DNA of 50,689 nucleotides from Halocafeteria seosinensis. Taxonomy: Eukaryota. Location: the NCBI GenBank assembly GCA_001687465.1, contig LVLI01000246.1, positions 1-50,689 on the forward strand, written 5' to 3'. Position numbers and translations under genes: made by a program. The notes below the pieces were generated by a model, which was not told the origin of the DNA, searched no databases, and saw only the letters and a list, made by a program, of their open reading frames with translations. This document shows positions 35,901 through 46,675 of the stretch, piece after piece; positions within the stretch are counted from its first letter, which is position 1, and each line of letters opens with the position of its first letter.

Positions 35901-37795
35901 TCAAGGAAGTGTACGTAGATGATCTCGTCGACGAATTTGATATGATCAATACGTTGCCGAAGGAAGTCCTGGAGAAGCGAAAAGGAGAGTATACCAACAA
36001 GATATCTCCCTATGCCTGGCTCAAGATGGGCATATCGTACGATGTTGTTGTCAGTATTCTGGATGTGGTTATATCAGGGGGCGGTTTGACTGCCCCTGGT
36101 GTCTCTCGGCCAGATGAGGGTGCCATCTTGGTTTTCCTTCCTGGAATAGCGGAAATAAAGAAGGTAGAGCGAATGCTTTACTCGAAACCTAGCGCTCCAA
36201 ATGCTTTTATAGTGCCCCTTCATGGGTCACTGTCGTCCAGTCAACAGTCATTTGCTTTTAAGCACCCACCAAAAGGGAAACGCAAAGTAGTGCTTGCCAC
36301 CAATATCGCTGAGACGAGTGTGACGATCGATGACATAACAGTCGTTATAGACTGTGGTAGGGAGAAGGCTGTCAATTTTGATCCGAGCTCGCGGCTGCAC
36401 AGGTTGGTCGAAGACTGGATCAGCCGTGCTGGCGCAAACCAACGAAAAGGGCGGGCCGGGCGTGCACAACCCGGAGTATGCTACCGTGTTTGGCCAAGCA
36501 CTGCCAACAGTATTTTGCAGGAGTACGCTGTGCCAGAAATCAAGAGAATTTCTTTGGAAAACCTTGTACTTCAGGTAAAAGCACTAGGGCTTGGAAATGC
36601 GTACAACGTGCTGAAAAATGTCTTGGATGCCCCTACCCCAAACCGCATATGCACTGCGTTGCAGCAACTTGAGGAAGTGGGAGCGATTCAGTTTGAAACG
36701 GCCCAATGTAACCAACCGGATGAGACGATCGATCGGAGCAAACTAACCAACTTAGGTAGATACCTTGCCAACCTCCCGATGGATGCTCGGTTGGGGAAAA
36801 TACTGCTCTACGGATACATGCTAGGATGTAGTGACAGTGCGTGTTGCGTAGTGGCCTCCTTATCTACAAGGAGCCCGTTGCAACCAATAAAAAACCAAGA
36901 CGATTCTGGCGATGATTCCGGGGCAAGTGCTGCTCGCAAAGAATTCATATGGAATACTAGCGACCACTTAACGGCCATATCTATGTACAAAGCATGGGAG
37001 AATATCCACGAACGCAACAGGAAACACCAATTTTGTCGGGATATGCGCTTGTCTGAAGAAACTCTGGAGGCTATGAAAAGTTTGATAAAAGACTTCAGTT
37101 CGTCTATGAGTGAGCTAGGCTTTTCCAGGGCTAACCATTCAGAAAAAGATGCAAACATTGTCGCTGCCGTGATCGCCGGGGGCCTATACCCGAATGTTGC
37201 TAGGATAGTTCGACCGAAACGACAGTATGAGAAGGGAGCTCATGGTGCTTCTCAGAAAGCCTATGACCCAAAAGATATCAAATTTTACACTCTAGAACGG
37301 ACATCGCTCGATCCAGCTCCGGAAGAAGATGAGATCAAAAAAGAGGCAGGACGACCGCAAACATATTGGTCGGGATGGCCCGTTCGCCGCGTTTTCATAC
37401 ATCCTTCGAGTATGTTATTCAACTGTGGAGAGTTCCAGTATCCGTGGCTGGTGTATCACACCCAAGTTGAAACGTCGAAGTCTTTCATTAGAGATGCGAC
37501 AATGGTCAGCCCTTTTGCACTTGCTTTGTTCGGGGGGCATCTAGACGTCGACCACACTAACGGCATACTTGCCGTTGGTTCCGATCTGCAGGTGAAGCAG
37601 CAACTGCCCGACAAGAATAAAGCGCTAGCGTGGATCGAATTCAAGGCCTCGGGTCGTGTTGCTGCTATAGTTCAAGCCTTACGGAAGGCTTTGGACACCC
37701 TTCTACACGTGAAACTCGACAATCCCGAATTTGATATCTCTAATCATATCATTCAGAAGACGATTACGACACTAATTCGAGGGGAGGGTTGGTAG
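32975..37795 (+). CDS. DEAH-box RNA helicase, DHX57/DHX29-like (dsRBD-like, UBA, RWD, helicase core, HA2, OB-fold), 1606 aa
   Basis: GETGSGKTTQ, TQPRRIAA, DEVHER, MSAT, LVFLPG, PLHG, ATNIAETSVTI, QRKGRAGR, FIHPSS; N-terminal TPIQLLHEYTQ...PKP, RWD-like DEVEALHSIFG and NYP; Gly-rich N-terminus. Confidence 0.93.
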   Translation: MSSKNKRGGGVESPGTSGPSSSSTGAAASGGNSSSSKVGRGGGSGSAESGGGCGRGGGRGVRRGAGNTRVVSGRGDIKVGGMTIKEWQRTPIQLLHEYTQNEKRPKPRFDMIRAEERGQKKFRVVLQDPKKPGSDKDLLFTPRESYDDANEAKHSVALLALSYVRKNMPLEKKLPEPYRQMWLELIGAADSGISQSDKSKEKASASQPESGSHTSRPPPAPQTVSSTETSPVGHEVTNGKAAGTNPGSVPKPAQVHSPGPGATLKKRAGAGKNKNKGKKVSSQYKHASKAEAEQAAQQNQQRRKEIEKKKRNHEAFLYANEDPALTMSEEIRTLAENSLQKLQDETHIDFGLLESKHTRQGEEQVLPPELLGFRDSLVEAGFSSNDATNALTQVSQRQGFSTYSNDKVFKESLNWLCLNVPAHRLPSDLQPCAGQISISRPSTTADGEAVDSNVSALSAMGFRPTDARRALNVCRGNKWSAIALLFANMRRVAGLTVDLSSDNSEVVLSEGTGLDDEVEALHSIFGDEAFSHEEFRAHLDPLALDECPIDGEWDNVEVDVPIKQIKINLGEIKQFDGLPVTLGVAYINLGGATSEETKGSVWEPLAPMNYPVSVPWIWIECAQSSQPSRFSMICCLCSTAEKWKGHPSIFQLVTLLQDGSSIESVSKENGIDPAMVNEDLIKDPAVNKLLEDCTVALPNKSATNGSHLKRQRGTGNSPASDEWKKSRSEFLYSCLKKDSCTDKFKSMLHVRRKLPIAKYQGAIAEIIRNNSIVLLSGETGSGKTTQVPQYILEDAIDKGHGGDTRILCTQPRRIAAISVANRVADERCENLGPGKGISATELNNVVGYHIRGEKRCNSQTHLVFCTTGILLKQLQSGLPDGVTHIVVDEVHERNVDTDFLMAVLRGLVRKDPTLRVILMSATMNAQTFADYFSRKSKTESIPQGKYSNYCQKLISDGVIVPGSVPQIFIPGFIHPVKEVYVDDLVDEFDMINTLPKEVLEKRKGEYTNKISPYAWLKMGISYDVVVSILDVVISGGGLTAPGVSRPDEGAILVFLPGIAEIKKVERMLYSKPSAPNAFIVPLHGSLSSSQQSFAFKHPPKGKRKVVLATNIAETSVTIDDITVVIDCGREKAVNFDPSSRLHRLVEDWISRAGANQRKGRAGRAQPGVCYRVWPSTANSILQEYAVPEIKRISLENLVLQVKALGLGNAYNVLKNVLDAPTPNRICTALQQLEEVGAIQFETAQCNQPDETIDRSKLTNLGRYLANLPMDARLGKILLYGYMLGCSDSACCVVASLSTRSPLQPIKNQDDSGDDSGASAARKEFIWNTSDHLTAISMYKAWENIHERNRKHQFCRDMRLSEETLEAMKSLIKDFSSSMSELGFSRANHSEKDANIVAAVIAGGLYPNVARIVRPKRQYEKGAHGASQKAYDPKDIKFYTLERTSLDPAPEEDEIKKEAGRPQTYWSGWPVRRVFIHPSSMLFNCGEFQYPWLVYHTQVETSKSFIRDATMVSPFALALFGGHLDVDHTNGILAVGSDLQVKQQLPDKNKALAWIEFKASGRVAAIVQALRKALDTLLHVKLDNPEFDISNHIIQKTITTLIRGEGW

Positions 37796-37827
37796 ATAAT
37801 GGAATACCGCATCATCGTCGGCTTCTC

Positions 37828-40315
37828 TTAAGCAATTGACAATCCTTTCACAATTTCGTGCTGCTCGTGCAAGAGTGAACAGAACAGCTTTGTTTCCAGA
37901 GTCATTTGTTCGAGCACGACCAAATGCTGAAGGAAGTCCTGGTTCTCAGTTTGAACTGCTTTGACTTGCGGGATTTCAGACTCATCCAATGGCTCAATCT
38001 CCTCAAGCGTAGTCACGTTCTGTTCGTTTCGTGCATCGTGAAGCGCCGCCTGGAGACATCGCATCCTATACTTCCGGACTCTTTTCATGGCACCATCCCA
38101 TAGCTGCACATACACCATTATAGTGACAAACCTAATGAAAGCACAACTGCTAGAGTATCCACTTACGCCTTCCAGTACACCTGGGAACGAAAATGCACGA
38201 CTTGAATCAGAGTCTTGGATAGCCTCCACAGTTAGCAACGGATAGACACCGTACAATTGCGGAACAGCAAAGAGCGCCTCAATGACAGAGGACGCAGCCA
38301 CACACTCTTCACGAGAGCTACTAAAAAACTGAATTAGTGTAGACACTACAAGATGTGCCGCTCCTTGCGAATCATGGACGGACGTGTTTGACCTAAAGTC
38401 TATTCCTTCTATCTCCGCAACAGCAGGGCGGAGTAATAATGATTCGACTTCCTCCTCAATAGGGGATGTGTCTACAGTAATGCCGATGAGCTCCCACCAT
38501 TCATTGAGTTTGAGGCTCAACTGCTCTTGCAGAGCATCCAACCTATCCATGACTTCTTGTTCTGGGGGCTGGACACTTGATCCGGTTAGAATACAGCACG
38601 TCGATAAATCTGTAGACCTTAGGAGTGAGGCGATCAATTCCATACCGACGACGGCATCCTCCCTGGAGTTGGCCTTACAGAGACCCATTACCGCTTGCGC
38701 CACTACAGGTTCTGCTTCACCCACTACCCTAGCAAGTTTCGTCCTAAGGTATGGTTGACACAGCTTTGATTTTCCTTGGGACGACTCCAGCTGGTCCATG
38801 ACAAAGAGAAACAGGATCCCATCATTTCTCGAGAGGTTACCGTTGTTGAATATACGAACAACATGTTGCTGCAAGAATGTTGAAAACCCCTCTTTCAATT
38901 TTGTTTGTAAAGACCGAGCGGCTGAACCAGAAATTTGATCCTCATCCACAGTGATAGCATCGTACAGTCTCACCAGAACTTCGAGTAACCCAGTGGAATA
39001 CCGAGCGGAACTAAATCCATTTCTCCGGATACTTTCCCATAACTGCCCCAAAGTATCGAGCAGTATTCGAGTCCACAGGTCATCTTCGTATAACAAATTT
39101 GACACCGCCTCCACTTCAGATTCAATGCACACAGCAAGGGCTTCACGAGCCATTGCTCCCACATCGAAAGCACGCTGAGCTACTTGTTCCACACACGCTA
39201 CGGTCAATATTTGAAACAGAAGGGGTAATGAAATATATGACGAATCCATCTTTGTCTCCTTGCTGTCACTTTCAGATAAGAAGAAAGGCATGAGCTTATT
39301 TGTATTGTCCAAGAAATGCAAAAGAAGGACGCAAGCTGTTCGGGTCAGCCAATAAAAGCTCCGGTTCGCCTGTTTACTGGCCTTAGCTCTTAGTGCAGTT
39401 TCTATTTCTTTGGTGAGGGTATCATCCTGGTTTCGCAAACCATCTTCTTTAAAAAGCTGGTATGTCGCATAAGGCTCGTAACATTTAAATGTGACATGCA
39501 TTAGCTTGCCAAGCTGTTGTCGAGCATGCTGAACTTGCAGCACAACAGGATCGACGTATTGCAAGAGTGTTGCCACTAGTTTCAATGTTATCTGTCGGGC
39601 TCCATGAGGGCTCTGAACCAAAAGCAAAAAAATACTTCCGGTAAGAGATGCTATTTCGGGTGGTAATTGACTCCAAAGAAACTACGTACATCCTTGATAC
39701 CGAAATCACAAATGCGCGTCAGGACTTCTTGCTCCAGAATGAAGTCTTGAATTTCAGTGACGTAAACCCGAGATGAAGTATCGTTTGCAGAATATTCGTT
39801 CCGCGTTTGCAAATGATCTCTTCGTGCTGCTGCTTCCATTGTTGCAATCAGCTCCCTGGACGAATTGTTTGGTCCTTGTAGCCTGGCTTTCCTTTCGTCG
39901 GCAGGAGCCCCTTGTAGTTCAGATCCCTGTAATACTAGTTCTTCCATTTTCTGTTGCAGGTCGAACCCTGCCATCAGAATAGAATACAAGTTGCAATACC
40001 CATAGCACACTTTGAGCGGCGTCAGTAACACATACAGTGCTTTTTGAATTCCATGACGGGGTCCTTGGTGGTGGAAGTCCATTTCGAGTACCAGTAATCA
40101 AACGTCTCAGCAGCTGAGGAGAGCATCGACACCGAGCCACTACCCGTGCCAACCGATACCTGGTGTCCATGGGGCCCTGCTTTCTTACGTATAGCCTTGA
40201 GAGGACCTTGAGAATCTGCGGAAGGCGCTGCAGCAGCAGCGCTTTTGTCGTGAATTCCCTCCTCTTTCTTGGGGCTTGCAATATTCTTGAAAAATGAGCG
40301 TACACCTGTATCCAT
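37828..40315 (-). CDS. FHIP/FAM160 (RAI16-like) family protein, about 4 exons
   Basis: Spliced segment DFILEQEVLTRICDFGIKD-SPHGARQITLKLVATLL...LQVQHARQQLGKLM and C-terminal HLVVLEQMTLE resemble FAM160B/FHIP2 conserved blocks as I recall them; GT-AG introns near 39969-40035, 39613-39691 and 38104-38166. Confidence 0.65.
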
Positions 40316-40964
40316 AAAAAATGATGAATACATGTAGTCTACTGGGGGGCAATATACGGCTGCATTTAGAGCATAATGGACGTACGGCTGGCAGCGCTCA
40401 TTTTGTGAATTCCCAGAGTTTTATCAAATTTCCGACGCAGATACGGCTCTACTCTAAAAACCTAACAAGCCAGCACCATGAGCATTAACCACACTAACAA
40501 ATGCACTTCCGATGCTATCCATAGCGACTTGCATAAGGACACAATGCAGCTGTCTACAGGTATCAGAAAAGATTGACACATGAAGCAAAAAAGCGTCATT
40601 CAGTAGCTGGAGGCGATTCTTGGTGATATACATTGTAGTGCCTTCAGCACTGAACTTGGAGGAAGCTGGTAACCCATCCGCATATTGGGATACACCGTTT
40701 CCCCCCGCCGTCGATGTTTGTTGAAACTTTGTTCTACCCAGTGAATGACCCGTCGAGAATTGGACGCTTCCACATTGAGCAGGTTTCGCAAGGTAATCTC
40801 CTGACAGATTGTGCACGTCCCAAATGGCTTTAACCAACCAGGGGAACGTATCTCTGCGTCTAGATTAAAGAACATAGCTAGGGATAAGTGCATAAGAATG
40901 TTTTGTACAAGGGAAGTATGGAATACAATCAGCGCGTAAACTTTATCCAGCTCCAGACTGCTAG

Positions 40965-43819
40965 CTACATCTTCGTAGAGTAGCCCGCTTTCCCCACAAA
41001 GTCTGCCGTGCTTCCCATGGACATACGTTTCGATTGGCGGAGTTTCCTCTTGAAGTCTTTTGTAAGTTGTCGTCGTCTAGCAACCCAAGCCGAATCTCCT
41101 TCTTCATTTGCATCTTTCGCTGTGCGTGTCCGGCCTCGGGGTGTATGGCGGGTAAAGGAGAATCCAGAGGCGAGCAAACCGATAGATCCCGTCGCTCGCT
41201 CTACTGTTCGAGACAGAGAAGTAGGTACGTTAGCAAGGCTCTTCTCATCGATTTTTTTCTCCTTGAAAGAATCAAACATTCCCTGCGGAGTATCGTTCTG
41301 ATCTTCGAAATCTCCCCCACCAAACGAGGGACCTTGGTCGATTCTCCTGGCCTTGTGTCCTGCCTCATCGTTGCTCTCCCGAACTTTCTCCTGCAAGCCC
41401 ATATTGAAACCAAAACTAAAGTTCGAATCGCCCCCTTCATTCGCCCATGAATTCCTAGTTAACACTCCAGTTGCAGATGGGTCATCCTTCAACCAACTTC
41501 CATTTTCTTCGTGTCCAAGATTGAAACCGAAAGCAAACGAAGGGTCAGTAGAAGCTCTAGAATCAGGCATCCTGGAAGATTCTTCAGCGGCACGTTGATC
41601 CTTGTACTCACTCCAACGCACATTAACATTCCAAAACCGACTACCATCTCCATTGCCCAACGCAGAACTTCGGTGAGAAGTGTGAGTAGCGACAGACGAA
41701 GCTCTATAAGTCGCGCCACTGCCCTCCGTCTCAAAATTCTCATTGTCCATTCCATCCTCGCTGCCATAGTCTTCATCGTTGGTCGAGATCAATGCCTTTG
41801 CCGAAGCACTCGAAGGATCAAACCTGACAGGATCTGGTTTACTTTGACCCTGTTTGGACCATAAATTACCGCTACGTTGCTCTGTCTCTTCGATAGGATC
41901 AGTTGTAGAATTAGCTAACAGCCGTGCAACTACCGCTTTGGATCCCGTTAGGGAAATATCTCCTGTGAGGCCAGATTTAGCCCTGGAAATAGCCTCTCGC
42001 GCACGTTCATTAGATTCTCGCTCTACGATCCGATTAGCTTCGCTTACAGCCGCTGTCTGAGCGTTGCTTCGAGGATTCTTTTTCTGTAGCTCAAGCTGTT
42101 CGTCATTTTTTTGGGTCTTTGCGTCGCTGATAGACGCAGACGATTCAACCTTTTCATTGAGCAACTCGCTTAAGATTTGCAACCCCTTTTCTCCCTCTCT
42201 TTCCAGACTCTTCGAATGTCCATCTCTCTCGTACAGCTCTGAGACATTCATCTTGACCCCGTGCCCAGCTTCATCCTCCATTTGTTCACAGTTCCTCGCA
42301 TCTTCCGTCTCCTTAATTTGCTCATCTTCACTGACCTCGTCATGACTCTCTGCTGGCCGTGAAGCGTCAGTCTCGACAAAGCGTTCGTCGATTCGAAATC
42401 GGGGGTCAGTAACACCATATTTCCATCTCATTCGCTGTAATTCTCTCCTTGTTGCATTATCTACGTCTTCAGTGCTCGCCTCGTTCACATTGTGATCCTT
42501 TTCCAAAAGCACATTCTTCAGAGTGTCGACACCGTTGTCACTATTTTCATCATCGTCATCGAAGAGTTGGGCAGGAATTGACTTTTCATCTCGAACGATC
42601 GAATGAGAGTTTGATCCTGCATTCGTCCCATCACCATCAGCCCCTTTATCACCTTGGCAAGCATTACTATTACTCTCGTCGTCAAAATACTTTAGTGCAT
42701 CGCCTTCATCCGTGAAGGCGACGTGCTTTCCAAAGGTATTCTGTGACGTTCCGCGGAGGCTTTCCTGTATACGCTGCTTCTTCAGTCGTTGCTCCTCTGC
42801 CCTTCGTTGCTGAGCGGTTTTCCTTTGTGCCTCCGAGATCTGTTTTTTGTCGTACTGCTTCATGACACTCTCGGTGCTCTTGCTCCATGCGCTTTCTCCT
42901 GGTATTTCGTCATTCGTGTCCAGCTCTCCACGTATGTTCCTTTGAACATTCCCCAGAACATTTGCCGTATCATCTTCAAACATCATTCTCTCCGGGACTC
43001 CCGCCCTTTTTCTACGAGAACCGGCCTCTTGGACAGACGATGCAGTGCTACTGAGGGGATATTTGCCCAGTTCCACAGGGGCAGAAGGAACTTTAAACAT
43101 GCTTTCGCCTTTCCTTCGGCGGATTCTAAAATTTTTAGGGATCGCAGGCGATGCAGCCGAAAGATTACCACCGGTAGAGTGATCATGTTGGGATTCTTGG
43201 TTGGAGAGGTTTCCCTTATTCTGTGACAATGAACTCTGCTGCCATTCTCGCTCAAGCTTCGTCAAATAGTCCACATTAGCCCATTGTAGTCTGCAAGAAA
43301 TATTTCCGAAATATCCATCGATGCAGTCTTCCGATGAGCCATTAACTTACCGAAGTACTCCTCCACCAAGCATTGTGCCTTCAAACAACTTCATTGCTTT
43401 TTGTAACGCAGTCTTCTTCGAGGTAGACACTTTGTCTTCCGCATTCCCTAGTTCAAAAAACCCAAAACCTTTGAACACTGCAGGGTCATATTCGAAATCA
43501 TGAACTCCACACAATAGAGTGGGCCTCTTCCAAGCCACGCGCGTGTGTGTGTGTGTGTGTGTTTGCGTGTCATTTAGGGAAGCTTACAGTTTGTCACAAA
43601 GTCTTGAGGTGCCACCACATCCGTGAGTTGGAGACCGGAGCGCTTTGCCAAGCGCTCGCCCACTTTTCGTACATCCTCCGGACGACGTATGCCACTCACT
43701 GCAGAACAAAAATTAAGCTAATGGATACGTCTAAGAAGCGCCAGCATATTGAAAGACATACCGTGCAGGCGATAGCCTTGACGGGGGGGAGTTCCTTGGG
43801 CTGTATTTTCGCCCGTCAT
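40965..43819 (-). CDS. NOL8: Nucleolar protein 8-like (N-terminal RRM split over 4 exons)
   Basis: Spliced MTGENTAQGTPPRQGYRLHVSGI (RNP2)...LFKGFGFFEL (RNP1)...GGVLRLQWANVDYLTKLEREW, plus DPRFRIDERF, RFDP and C-terminal WVARRRQLTKDFKRK, matching the NOL8 block order as I recall it. Confidence 0.78.
43543..43562. repeat. (GT)n microsatellite inside NOL8 intron 2
   Basis: Read directly; lies between the GTAAGC donor (~43587) and the CTGCAG acceptor (~43479) on the minus strand. Confidence 0.85.
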
Positions 43820-44528
43820 ACTCCGTTTCCACTCAATGTTTCCGGTCAACGTTTACACAGGTATCGTTCCCGTATCGTACTGCACAATACCGGCGAAAAA
43901 GAGGGTGTAAAATACCTTGCATTAGTGGCATGTGACGCGTGGTTCACCCGTGAACTTCACAAGGAAGTCTGGTGGATGAAGTCAACAGAGTTTGAGGCTT
44001 GCATGTCTGAGATAGTCTGTGTATTCTGGGTTGAGGTGTTTGGAAGGAAGGGGTAAGAGATGCTCTACCGTCCTTGCATTTGCTGTATTCTGAGAGGGTA
44101 TAAGCAGTGCTCCTCATCCAAATGAATTCCATGTGCATGCAATGAATTGGTCTACCAAATTGCATGTTGTATCGGTATCGGGGAGGATGATAAACCCATT
44201 CCGAGAAGGAGTCTGTTCCAAAGGGAACAACGAATGTCGAAGAATCTGGGTTTCGACGCCCACTAATTGTACAAGAAGTCTACTAGTGACTAAGTCGCTC
44301 GCGGGCGAGTCGTCGCCCGGGTCCGGGATAGTAGCAACGTAGTATGACGTGAGCGCATCTCCGCGTTGTGTTCTGCGAGGATTCTCTTCAACGCCAGAAG
44401 CTCCCCGAATAAGCTCCGATAAATGATAATGGTATTGTGGTGAAAGTGTGACGCTTTGCCTGCAAAGAACGTGCTTAGGAAGTGAAGCTCAAGAATAGTT
44501 CGAGTCGCGGTTCGTAGAACACAACACT

Positions 44529-45431
44529 ATGGGTGGCGTCACTCTGCTAGATGGCGGCCTGGGACAGGAGGTCCATAAGCGCTCTGGACAGCCTGCACAC
44601 CCTATGTGGGGAGCTGAAGTAATGAAACGGGATCCTGCATTAGTGGAGGAAGTTCATCGTGACTACCTGAATGCGGGTGCGCGAGTCATTACCATCAACA
44701 GCTACCCTTTGACTCCGACACGCCTGAAGAGAGATGGATCGATTGAGGACTTCGAGCCATTGCAACATAAAGCTATTGAACTCGCACAAAAAGCTGTTCG
44801 TGATTTTCCTGAAGCACAGATTGCTGGCTGCCTCCCTCCTCTTGTGGGAAGCTACTCATTCGACAACCGGTCCAGAGAATCCTTAGAAGAAGAGTACAAA
44901 CAGATTGTGGATATCGAGAAGAATGATGTTGATCTGTTTATTGCGGAAACCATTCCCTCTCTGCGAGAAGCTGAAGCCGCTGTTGCAGCCGTTCGAGGGA
45001 CACGAAAGCCGGTGCTGCTGAGTTTTAATTTGGCAGATGATGGCTCAGATACGCTGAGATCGGGGGAATCTCTTTCAGAACTTGTCCGTGCGCTAGACAC
45101 AATAAATCCGGATGCCCTATTATTCAACTGCTCATTTCCAGAATCTATCACCTCTGGTATTAAGTGCATTAAGGACGGTACTAACCTACCTTACGGTGGA
45201 TATGGCAACGCCTTCACTTCTGTTGATCCGCTGACTCCTGGCGGAACGGTCGATGCATTGGAAAAGAGGCATGACCTAACGGCGCAGAATTACGCTGTAC
45301 AGGCAATGCAATGGATTGATCAAGGTGCTACTATCGTTGGGGGATGCTGTGAAGTAGGTCCGGAGTACATTGAGGAACTTCGCAAGAGTATCCGCCAGAG
45401 AGGCATGGAGATCGTTCCTTTTAAGACTTAA
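44529..45431 (+). CDS. Homocysteine S-methyltransferase family protein (intronless, 300 aa)
   Basis: LLDGGLGQE, VHRDYLNAGARVITINSY, DLFIAETI, zinc ligands LFNC and IVGGCC, GPEYI. Confidence 0.92.
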   Translation: MGGVTLLDGGLGQEVHKRSGQPAHPMWGAEVMKRDPALVEEVHRDYLNAGARVITINSYPLTPTRLKRDGSIEDFEPLQHKAIELAQKAVRDFPEAQIAGCLPPLVGSYSFDNRSRESLEEEYKQIVDIEKNDVDLFIAETIPSLREAEAAVAAVRGTRKPVLLSFNLADDGSDTLRSGESLSELVRALDTINPDALLFNCSFPESITSGIKCIKDGTNLPYGGYGNAFTSVDPLTPGGTVDALEKRHDLTAQNYAVQAMQWIDQGATIVGGCCEVGPEYIEELRKSIRQRGMEIVPFKT

Positions 45432-46675
45432 TCTATTTGCTTGCGTGAACCTAGGTAAAGCAGAACAGAGAGTGTTGGCGAATCATGCCTGCAAGCCGAT
45501 AAGAGATTTTCATGCGTGAAATTACCTTCTTGCTTTACCTGGTTTACGTCCGTACTTGGTTTTGCTGGCCAACGGGAGCTCATGGCGTATGAAACCTGAT
45601 TAATACTGCGATTTCCCGCAAACCCTCATAGCTTTTGTAGTGTTCTCACAAGTTTCATCGTTTTGATGCACCGAAGATCAAACACCGGAAAACACTTTAA
45701 TCCAGGTACAAACAATTTTGTTGCTGGGTGTACCACTGCATGCGATATGTTGTAGCCATCCATACGTTTTGAGTGCCACTGAATTCCACCTTCCCACCCG
45801 CAAAACAGCTTGTGGACCACCACATCTTCGCATACCGTCATGTCGGTATGCCTACTTCTGCTTCGCTTTAAGTCTGGGCTTGGCTGACACAATTTTCGTC
45901 ATGGCACGGACAGGGCACGGCCTCGGCACGGACAGAAGTTCAAAAGGGGCCGGGGGAGGAAGAGTTTTCTACTTGCCTCAAAATCATTCATTGGATGAAA
46001 GTGTTGGCAAATTATCCAATTGAATACCCGTTTATTTATTCTATTTTCCTTTATCCATTTCTTTTTCGAGACTTCATTGTCTTTTGTCTCTGTTTCCCCC
46101 CATTGGAGAAAGAGGAGGGGAAAGCAGCACTTACACGCACGAACTGTGGCCTTATTGAGCTTTATAGAGAGACAGAGTAAGTTTTTTCTCTCCCCATATT
46201 GCCTGTGCCGTACAACGATGGGGCGTCTTTGGAATACCGCCGACGAGAGGAGCATATTGTGACGTGTGATCATGCTGTTTGAAGAGTACGAGAAGCGTGA
46301 GAAGACTGGGTCCCCGGGGCTCGCAGACGGAGGGACGCCGTAGGGGGATTGGGAATGTCCACCTTTTTTGTCCCTTTGAAGTGCCCTTGAGGGGATGAAG
46401 GAAGTGCAGTCTAATGCGTGGTTTCGACCGTGGTGTATCACTGATGGTTGAGTTTACAGCTTTGGATGATGTTGATAAGCGTCGTGGACGACGTGGTGGT
46501 TGCTGAGTAGGCCAGGAAAGTGAAAAGGGCTTGGTTGACGAGGTGTGTGTCGAGTTTAAGGAGTCTGTTCCTGGTCGCCAGTTAACTAATTTACCACTGT
46601 GCCATTGTATACGCTGCACTCTCACGTGGGTTGTTGCTTTTCATTTCCTCTACGGCGCAGGTTTATTGATTAGAG

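Noticed and set aside
40454..40893. 97-127 aa minus-strand ORFs between the FHIP-like gene and NOL8
   Set aside because: No recognisable motif or splice model; probably UTR/promoter.
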